A stretch of 63,350 nucleotides of DNA, counting the filler, from Sluysia triapertura (taxonomy: Eukaryota): the NCBI GenBank assembly GCA_046118255.1. It is 5 parts of 5 records of this genome, joined end to end, with 100 filler letters (N's around TTAATTAATTAA, not from the genome) between each part and the next. Parts side by side here need not be neighbours in the genome. Positions count along the whole stretch, not along the records: positions 50,763 to 63,350 come from JBJNIA010096774.1; 4 more parts are not named here. One strand, written 5' to 3'. How positions within the stretch are numbered: the first letter of the stretch is position 1; every line of letters starts with the position of its first letter. The notes under the pieces were generated by a model. That model made no database searches, was not told where the DNA came from, and was given only the letters and a program-made list of their open reading frames with translations. Position numbers and translations under genes: made by a program. Positions 53,025 to 63,350 of this stretch are shown here, in pieces.

Positions 53025-56000
53025 TCAGTCAAATGTATTAATAATTTCAATTAATGACACTATAGCACCAGTAATTCCAAATACTACACCGAATGTAATA
53101 ACACAAATTCGATAAATAACTTGTAATCGTGACAGTAATGTCCATTTCAATTTCAATGAAAATAAACATGGGAAAATAAAAGTAAGACAACACCCTGTTA
53201 TGGAACCAATAAAACTCATTAACAAAGCAAAATGTGGTACAATCATTGCCAGAAATAGCGATGCAGTTTGAACAGTTGTTCGTGATAATGCCAACCAAAA
53301 GCATTTAAAAATGGGATTTTTTACTAATGCGGATTTGAAGTGCGGAAGAATGAAATTATCTATTCTTTCACAAACCACAAACATAGTTAATGGAAGACTG
53401 AAAAATTATTTTACATAAATATACTACTTTTAAAAATCAATAAATAAATTTGAATGGAAAATAGTTAATATAAGTAATATTAAATTAACAAAGTATTATA
53501 TTAAAGCTTAAAAAGTTGCATTTCAGCAACTGAAATTTTAACAATTTATTAATGATTGTTTTAATGTTTATTGAACTTTATTTGATGGTTTCTACGTAAT
53601 AGTATAACTTATAATTTTAAGTGCTTAATCTTGTGCTATTTATAGATTGTACTATTAGAACCTATTTTATTTTGATACTGAATAATAATAAGAATCAAAC
53701 TGATTTTAAGTTATTGAAACTCTTAAATAACAATTTTCATTGTTGTTTTAGTACGTTATGTACAAATTTCTTGAACTGGAACAATGTGCTATTTTAAACT
53801 CAACCTCACTCGAATATATAGTTTTTGATGGTTATTTTAAATTTAGATTTGGCGTTAATAAAATGGAAATTGTTTTTAATAATCGATTTTAATTGGTTTG
53901 AATGAACTGATTAGTTTGGGAGTTTAAAGTAATATGATTGGTTGGAATAGATCAGTGTACGATATGTATATTATATTATACTGTTTGGGTTTATATTATT
54001 AAATTCATGTTCCATTATTATAACCCTAAAATAAATGAAACATATTTTCTAAATAATTTATTAATATATTAAATAATATAAAAATAAATAACACACAATT
54101 ATTTGGTTTTCATATTCATAAACATCATACAAATACAAAATTGGAGTAAATATACTTTTTTATTCTTCTTAATATGAAGTAGTATTACATAAATTTTATA
54201 TATTCCATCAAAAACTGCAAATTTATAAATAATGTTTTGATACAGTGAACTTATTTAAATGCTTGTTGAGTGTAGTAATGTCGATTAATTGTGAATATCG
54301 ATTAATTTAGTTTCATATTTGTCATAGCTGGTTCTGAAAGTATGTAATGTATTTTTTATTTTAGTAAATATTTTTCATTGATTCATTTTGTCTTCATTAC
54401 ATACATCATTTAATAAATTATCGATTTTTTAATCAATAATATGCAAGGTGATGACGATTTTGGTAAAACTGGAACTGTTTTATCAAATATGTTTCGTTAA
54501 CTCAATTTGTGCTTGATTTACTTTATACCAAAAATGATCCAATAGAAAACATGCAGAGGAATATAAAATTTTTTATACATATATAAATAGCTACAAAGAA
54601 ATGGTATAGTCATTACGTTAGAAAATATTAATTACACAAGTCATAAATTAGCCATTAAAATTTTAATCAATGAATCCGACACAATTTGTATGCAAATTAA
54701 TTGATTATTCATTGGATATTTTTGCAAATTGTAAATACAGAATTATAGCGTTTAAGAACCTAATATAATATTGTATAGAATCATGAATAGTCACATTTAA
54801 AATTGACGATTTAGCAAGATACCAACTAAAATTGAACTTTAAATGTTTTTATTTTAATATTGCTAAATTTAAAGTTACTGATTATTTGATTGCAGTTTTT
54901 CTAGTAAAAGAAATAATTTGTTTAAATGCACCAAATTATACCGGAAAAATTGTTTTTGATCGTAGTATCAATTGGAGCACGAAGAATTGCACAAATACAA
55001 TTTAATTGTAAGATTGAAATTGTGGCTGATCACATTGTTGGTTTCTTTTTAATTTAGTGTTAACCAAAATGAACTTATTGAGGAAAATAAATTGTTGGAA
55101 ACATAATCCAGCAAATTCACTTCGTATCACTAAATAATCCCTTACTAATTGCGCACCTTATACTTTAATACTCACAATTTATAACATTCCTACATCAGAC
55201 ATTCATATCCGATACACAAATATCGAGGAATACGTGAAATTATGCGAAAAGAAAAGAATAAATACAAATACAAAAGATTCAATAGAATTACAAGCATTCT
55301 TAATTCACAGAATACTTAGAAAAGTTCATTCTCCTTTATTATCAAGATTACCACTCAAGCAATTCATGAACACTTAAATTTTAAAATTGATGAATAAACT
55401 ATTTAATTATGTAAAAAGAAAACGTTTTAATTAAGATTTAGAAAGAAAAGAACAAACTATTAAATCACCAAATAATTCTCCATGCCAAAAATATGTTTAA
55501 TTTACGCAAGATCATGTAAGTTATGAAGAAAAATTTAGAAAGAAATTTTGCGATTTAAAATAATAATTAAAAACACATGGCCGAAATCTAGGCCTTGTTA
55601 TTTAACATAACGTAATAAATGCAAACCCAATCAAATGCGAATTGGCTATTTCATTTCATCTCAATCATCCTTGTGGAAGTCCACTCCTCACTATTTTAAG
55701 CAAAAAATGATGCACCTAGTCATTTTAAAAAGGATAAGAATGCCTTAAATTCAATAAAATTAAATATCAAATATAGGATATTCATGACGAAAGAAATCTG
55801 ACCGGAAGTTTAATATTAAATCATTTTTCAGATAAATTCGTCATACAGAAAATGCAAACATACCTAATATAGAACTAAAGTACTTCCTATCTTAGTCATT
55901 TAAGATCATTTTCTAATAAATTACAAACAAATCCAATATGTAATAACTCTGCGCATCCATATTTTACTCATGGTAAACAAACATATTCCTTAATAAACCT

Positions 56001-58664
56001 TCAACTTCTGTAACATTAATTTTAATACTCAACATACTAATACACCTATTTATTCCAACCAAACAAAACTCACTATTAAAAGCCATTTCTAATTTACTTA
56101 CACCAAATCCAAATTTAATTAACTGTCATAAACATATTCGCACTCGATCAATCCACGAAATTATCTGTTGTACATTTAATTATTGGATTCTTAAAACGAA
56201 TAAATACAATTCCAATTTTTGTCGTATTTTTCAAATATCAAAATCATACCATGCTTTGATTTAAATATCAGCTGAAAATATAATATTTAATACTTTTTTA
56301 TGAATTAGATTATCTTACAATAATTAAAATTTACTACATAGAAAGTATCCGTATTTCGTTGAACGTAATTATCGAATATCTTCGAAAATAAGTTTTGAAG
56401 TATACATTTCTGAACTAATCTCTTTTGTGATAGTTGAAAATTTGTTACTACGTTGTTTTTCTTGCTTTATACTTCCTTACAATTCCCGAAAAAAAATTAA
56501 ACATTTAGCTTCAAAACTAAGTTTATTCACGAAAAAATGCCATAATAATATATAAAATACAATCAAGATACGTGAATATTGACGAAAATTCAAATTAACG
56601 AAGTTACGAGATTACATTGGTTATACAAATGAAAATGTTAATATATAATAGATAAATGTTTTATATATAATAAAAATTAACACCTCTATTTTCCGTTAAC
56701 AATTAATTTATCGTTCTAAAAATTATACATGTAAATAATATAGAAAAAATCCTTGATTTAAATGCAGTTTCGTAGGAAATTAACTTCTTGTATTTTTCTT
56801 ACATTTACTATTATTCATACGAATTTTCTATTGTTGATTTATTTTGCAGCTCTTGTACTTGTACAATAATCTAATTTGAGTATGCACAATATCGCACACA
56901 TAATTATGATAATGGAAACATCATCGAATAATATCTGGTAGTACAATATATCACAAGTATGTGATGCATCATAGTTACACAAAATTATGGATTTATCTTA
57001 TTACTAATCACTTCTTTTCAACCAATCAAGATGAGTTTAATAAATGAGTAATTCGAACAAACTTAATATCAAATATCTTAGCAAAACGTGATGCAAATAA
57101 TTCTAGAGAAATACCAGTGACTTTCCATACATAATGGATATGCAAAATGCACCCACATGGGTATAAAAAACACTTATTTTCTTCAATTCAACTGAACAGA
57201 TTGATATTAATATTTTATTTCTACTATTTTGGACTGTGAAACTACCCTAAAGACATTTCTTTCGAAAGTATCCTAGAAGTAGTTGTATCGAAATAGAAAA
57301 TCGCATTTTTGACCATAACGAATGACCTTTTTCGTTGTTCACCATTGATATGGATCAACAACACAATTTAAACTCAGAAACATATTCCAATTCATATTTT
57401 AATAAACTGTCATCTATAATTTGCATTATTATTATCATTATTATCGTTAATTTTTATATCGAGACAGTAAAAAGACAGTAGATGTCTTCAGGTCGGTGAT
57501 TCGTAACAACGTGGCCGGACTTTATTTAATGTTGATTTAAATTCTACAAATTGAATTAATTTGATTTATATAAAACATGTTTTTATTTAATATAAAAAAC
57601 AAGAAATTATTAAAATATTTGACTGATTTGATTTTGACATTTTTGAGATACAAATAATGTTAATAATAACCTGAAAAAGGTATTTATAATAACAAATATT
57701 CCAACAATTTTCTGAAATACATGTGAATCAATATTTGATGTACATTGTTGATCGGTTTGTTTTCCAAATATAACCACAAACAACGTTGGCATTGTCAATT
57801 TAACAAAAGCTGCCAAAGCAAAAGCTACTCGCATCATTATACCGAATTGTTCCGGTTTTTTCATACTACCTGAAATTTTTTTATCCAAATATCATTTACT
57901 TACAATTATAAATAGGACAAAATTAATTAAAATATAATACATACCTTCTACACCAACAAAAGCAGCATGTGCACAATATGAAAATGTTATTATACCGATA
58001 CTAAGAGGTATCTTTTTCCATTCTAATCCTGGGAAATTTTTCCATGACAAATTTTCACCATTGACTACAGCAGTATATATGCAGAAAGTTATCAATCCTA
58101 CATTAGTACCTAGTAGTCCTATAACTGCAACGAAACTGAACCAAGATACAATAGATAATTTTTTCAACATAAATAATGGTAGTGGTAAAAATCCCAGAAT
58201 GAATGAGCACCAATAAATGCTTACATTACCGAAAAATAATGATGATACTTGCTAATAATAATAATTATTATTATTATAATGATATTAACAATATTTACAT
58301 GTCCAACAACACTCAATAACACCAGATACAATGTGTTAGCACCAAACATTTCAACAAAAGATACTATTGTAACTAATTGACTGCCAAATCTGGGCCATAC
58401 AGCTTGTCCAATGGCAGGATAAGAATGGCGAACACGTTTTTTATTTCTGGGCAATTCTGGATTTTCTTGAATAGAATTATTCTTCGATGTGACATTAAAT
58501 TGATCGGAACAGTCATATATATCTAATAATTCTTCTTCTTCGTATAAACAATCAATGATCATTAAGCCGGTCGTGCATGCTGCATAAGCAGCTAAAATAA
58601 TAAAGGCAAGTGCGACGTAACTGCTTTGAGCAAGCGCATACGGAACACCTAATATCCCGATTCC
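53025..58664 (-). CDS. Vesicular inhibitory amino acid transporter-like (SLC32A1/VGAT-like), 5'-incomplete; exons 58664-58299, 58251-57945, 57869-57671, 53397-53025
   Basis: GIGILGVPYA, IDCLYEE, RVRHSY, PLSIGIITFSY, EGSMKKPEQF, VPHFALLMSFIGSITG. GT-AG introns of 47, 75 and 4273 nt; 1245 nt spliced without internal stops. Confidence 0.92.
54241..55100 (+). mobile_element. Possible highly decayed pogo/Tigger relic in intron
   Basis: TA-CAGTGAAC end followed by scattered coding-like fragments. Confidence 0.2.
55150..55900 (+). mobile_element. Probable Penelope-like GIY-YIG relic in intron
   Basis: KTHGRNLGLVI*HNVINANPIKCELA and HDERNLTGSLIL resemble the G.T.R.L..R..EH and E....R.ILE blocks. 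Confidence 0.35.
56780..57350 (-). mobile_element. Possible KDZ/HMGXB3-like transposase relic in intron
   Basis: Ordered fragments YPCGC..., LFASRFAK, YDASH, FHYHNYVC and STRAAK*INN. Confidence 0.3.
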
Positions 58665-59850
58665 CTGAATATTAAATTACATAACAAATTCCAATGTATT
58701 ATATCAATTTAACGATTGCGTTATTATTGAAACAAAAATTTAGGAATATACGAAATTTATCAATGTTCAAATTAACCCTCTCCTTAATAGGCAGGCTGCT
58801 CGTACGCAAACAAAGCAAAAAATAAAAATTATTTATTTTGTTTTAGAACAATAATTTAGCAAGAATAAAATTTAAAAACACATTCTTCTTGCATTTAGAA
58901 TGGAGTACTTTTATTACCCTTCTGTAAGTTGAGATCTTGCAATTTGAAGATGTCTCTGTGTCTATTTTTGATGCAAAATGAAAATTTCAATTGGAGTTTT
59001 GTGCAAAATGTTTCATTTTAACCTCATAGTAGAAATTGTACAGTAAAAGAACTTCCATAAAACGAACTCGTAAAATGTAATATTTTCTCTAACTTGATTA
59101 TTTTTAGTACAGAATAACTCATATTTTTACCTCTAAAATAAAATACAGTGTCTTCCTTCTTCCATAAGTTGAACTTCTTCAAATTTGAAATTTTCTCAAT
59201 ACTTACTTTAGATGTACAATGGAAATAATTCTTCATAATTAGACCAAATAATAATAAATTATGTGAGTTTCTATGTCCTGCGCATCTATATGAAATAAGA
59301 TATTCATAACACAGATAAGTGACACCCGTTTCCGGAGCAATTCGTAAGATCAGCCGTAACTCACAAAAGTTTCGTTGCGTTTTAGAAACATATTTAATAT
59401 TAATTCATGTATTCATGAATGATTAGTTTTATCAGATAATTCAGTGTTTAGAAGTGTGAGGATTGGAATGGTAAAAACATATTTTGATCATATTGACTCC
59501 ATTTTGATTACGGAAAACATTTTGATCATTTTGACTACATTTTGATTATATTGATTATATTATAAATTATACTATTTGATAATTTATTTTATTAATCTTA
59601 TTCATTATTTATTTCTTAGCTAATATTTTTATTTATTCATTTTATAAATATATTTATTATTATTATTATAAAAATAAAGAAGGATTTAAAACATAATTAA
59701 AATTAAAATCAAATCCTAAAAATGGAAACTTGATTTAAAAAAAAACTAAAATTGTCTAAATTTTTTTTGATTACAGATTTTGTTTTATTAAACTAAATTA
59801 CTATATTTTGTTTTAATAAAACAATTATTTAAATTTTATAAACACCGCAA

Positions 59851-60560
59851 TATGCCGGTTAGAAATTCTGTATATAGTTGGTGATTTGTGCAGAATTTCG
59901 AACCGACATTTGCAAGAAAATATTAATCGTCAGATCATCCTTCGATTTTCCATGAAAGTAAGTTTTCTCATCTTCTCACCGTAAAAGGGAGAAGTAAAAT
60001 CAATCTTTTTGTAATTTTGCTTATACCGTAATACGGATAAGTTAAAATCATTTAAAATCTTTCTACTAAATTCATTGAATTGAATTTAAGTAACCTAAAA
60101 TCATTATTGTTATTACATACACTTTGTATTTGTTCTTTTTTCTTTTTGTTTGCTGTGAATAAAACTTAGAACTGCTTACTAGAGTTGTCTTTTATTATCA
60201 CGTAAAGATAAAATCATTGTTAGACGCTAGACCGTAATAAGGCTAACTCAAAATCATAAAATAATATTAGAAGTTTTCAACAATTAGACTGTAATCGGCT
60301 AATTTAATATCTTATTTTACCAAAGTTAGACCGTAAAAAGGCTAACTAAAAATCATTCAAAATTCTCATAATTAAAAGTGTTACAACAACTCCAGATTCT
60401 TCGTAAGTACTCCTTATCTCCAGCCAATAACCATACGTGATTCTTCCTTAGTGAATCTTTCTATTTAAATCCTAACAGGCCGCCGTCGCTCAGACTTAAG
60501 TCGTTTTCTGTTAGGCGAACTCTCTCCAGGTTACTATTTGCATTGTAAGTTAGCTGAAAA
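59851..60560 (+). repeat. Structured repeat, copy 2: long hairpin, five bulged-A hairpins, AAAATCA motifs and terminal hairpin
   Basis: Hairpins at ~59855-59908, 59972-59994, 60020-60041, 60226-60248, 60282-60304, 60324-60347 and 60471-60515. Confidence 0.75.
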
Positions 60561-63350
60561 CCTCTTTGCAGAAGAAACGCTACATTGTGTTTAAATAATA
60601 GGACAACACTATCCAGAAATACTTAACTGAAGAGCACTAGGTAATGATTCGAAATGAGGTTCTTAAATATCAAATTGATGCAAGAGAATATACTGAAGAA
60701 CAATATTCAGATTTGAAAGACCAAATAAAAGACACTTGAATCATGATTCCAAGTATTCGAGAAACAAATCACGTAAGCGAAAGAAAATCTAAGATATTAC
60801 ACCAATTATCGATGTAATTATGACTGTAATTAAAAAGTCATTTTGGTAATACACCATCATTAAACAAAAGCATTAATTCGACTAAGCAATGAAAAGGATT
60901 GAGCACGATTTCCTTATTATCAATTTACAAATCATTTTATTTGATCATCAGTTTTTATGGATAAAATTTTTATTCGAATAAAATTACTAAATTTTTTTTG
61001 TTAAGATGATTTTACTCGTAAAAACAAAATCTTAAAATATTACGTAAATTCTTTTTATAATTCATTTTTAACACCGATTTAATGAGGAACAAAATTATTT
61101 GTTAAATAAATTAAAGGCCAAAAAGGCTTTACTTTAAAAAATTAATACATTGTTTTATATCTTCATCTACTAATTCCGAATATTCTTATTCTTAATTTTG
61201 TTGCGTATTAATTCTGATTGTTTATTAATTAAATTGTTGTTGACCAGTATTGAAGAATGTTAGACATTAATTTTGCTATTTTTAAATAAATAATAGGATT
61301 CACTGTACGAAATAGAAAAATAGCAAACTTATTTTGTCATTTTTAGTTTCAGGAATACCACTTTACGTGCAAATCATTGATTGTAACCGTATCTAACCAC
61401 AAACACAAACAACAGTTTATTCAGCGCTATTATTTACTGTAAGTACTCAGCAACTCTTAAAATAAATCATACATTATAATATTTGTGAAACAGAAATAAC
61501 TTTGTACACACATTTTATAATCGTGCACTGATTGGACAGTTTATGTTAGTTATTTGTGTAATATTAAAACATAATAGCTTATCTTATTATCATTATGGAT
61601 TCTTTAAATTATTATTCGTTTTCGTTTTTAATGAAATAACGTATAAATGAAGTATGCTATTGTGATGAGTGAGAAAATTGTACAATAAAATTTTTGTAAT
61701 CATTTTATTAGAAAATTTCATTTTTATTTTTAATTTTTTGTAAAATAATAAAAAGTTTAACAATTTTATTTTGGATTTAATTATTTTATGATTTTGTTTT
61801 CGGTTTTTATATTCGAAAGTATTTCCCCCAGAATTAGTGACACAACAAAAACAAGAAAAATAAATTTTGAAATCAGCTTTTAAACTTTTATAGTTGAGAT
61901 TTAGAAAAGAAAGTAGTTAAATAAAAAAAATTAGTTGAACACTAATCAAGCCTATTTGGACATCGATTGAAGAATAAATATTTCCGGATTTTGTCTTTTT
62001 TGTATAATTTTTTCACACTTCTTTAAAGGAAGGATTAAAATCCACTCAAATTATAAATTATAATTATTAATTTTAATATTGGTGATTTAGATTTACTCGT
62101 TAAGACTTCAATCTAAATATCACATACAAAATTTTCATTAAAAATAAATAAAATATCTTCGAATTTTGTCTTTTAGTAAGTACAAAATGCAACTTTGTAT
62201 ACATAATAAACATGACACAAAGCTGGCATAAGAATTTCATTTTTAAGATGATTTTTCGAATAGGAATACATAAAGTTATTAGTTTTAACTTAATTAAATG
62301 ACTTTAACATTTTCAAAAATGTTTTCTATGATATACACATTCTAATCTAGAAACGTAGAGACTATTGAACTTATCTAATCAGTACCTTTCCAGTCATACA
62401 TGATTCCACGATTCAAAATTCTTAGTTTAACATTGCGTTTTAGTACTCTCTACATTGTTATTCTAACATAATTTCGGACTTCAAAATATAAACACAGTAT
62501 CTACAGAAAAAGATCGTTTAAAAAATTTATAAGGTGCGGTCTATACACGGGATTTTACGATACTTAAAATGTTTTATTTTCAAATTGTTTTCTGTGTTCA
62601 GCTTTTTCTTTCTAAACAATTATGGTAAATTTTATTTCTTCGGGTTCGCCTGTGATATACTATATGTATCGCACGAAGACGTATTCACAGAATATCAAAT
62701 GTCAAAAACTATGATAAGAATTCCTTAATCTTGCGGCAATATAAATTTAATTAACTCTATTCTGAGGGTTTATATATTGTTAGGTTTTATTTTAATCTAA
62801 CTTAAACAATCAATTAATTCTGTCAAATAACTATCAAATTATATCAAATACTCTTTTAACTTAATCCTTTAATATATTTAGATTGACTAGTTTTATTCTA
62901 CCTTGCTTAGGATTTTATATCACTATTGTAAGGATGTAAATAATCTTTTAATTTTTATTTTGTGTTTTTTAAAAAATTTTTAATTTAAAGAAATTTATAA
63001 AAATATTATAAAATTTATTCAGTATAAAAAATTATTAAATTAATTAATTTAAAATAATTTTTATTATTATTATAAATAAAAAATTATGACAAACGAAACT
63101 TCTCGAAGGAAGTTTGTTTTATTAAATTAAAATAATAAAAATGTCTTTATTCATATATAAAGACTTGGAAGACATCATTAATTCACAACAAAGCATAAAG
63201 TCAATTCGTCATCAAAAACAATTTTCAACAATCGTCATTTTAGTCTGGTATCAAAATATTATTAGCGGTACAACATCATCATCAACAAATAATCTACTTC
63301 TCTTCGCAGCAATTTCAATTTGGTATTTGGTCATTAGTGAGATCCCCGCA

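Noticed and set aside
59972-60347. CRISPR interpretation of the hairpin array
   Set aside because: Repeats differ in sequence, spacing is irregular, the context is eukaryotic and there are no cas genes.
60626-60666. Hammerhead-like core CTGAAGA...CGAAA
   Set aside because: Stems II and III do not pair convincingly; likely chance.

Overview
Very AT-rich eukaryotic (most likely invertebrate metazoan) genomic DNA. It is five separate contigs joined by an artificial 100-bp linker (44 N + TTAATTAATTAA + 44 N), so adjacency across linkers is not biological. Two spliced genes are recognisable, both 5'-incomplete: an ARM-end/TIR/SAM protein and an SLC32A1/VGAT-like transporter. There is also one long intact DEDDh (REX4/ISG20-like) exonuclease exon. 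The rest is decayed, apparently intronless copies of housekeeping genes (PSD/EFA6 Sec7, TRNT1 CCA-adding enzyme, DOP1 N-terminus), unidentified broken ORFs and many transposon relics (hAT, pogo/Tigger, Tc1, R2/NeSL-like RT, probable Penelope and KDZ-type). Two non-coding structures are not explained by these. (1) A dispersed ~0.8-1.2 kb module, about 9 copies, starts with TGTGGTGGCCAAC and ends in two long-loop inverted repeats whose arms differ between copies yet stay complementary; the complete copies lead into different cargo ORFs. (2) An array of bulged-A stem-loops with compensatory stem changes occurs at two loci, each ahead of a decayed ORF. All family calls are by eye from recalled motifs; no searches were run.
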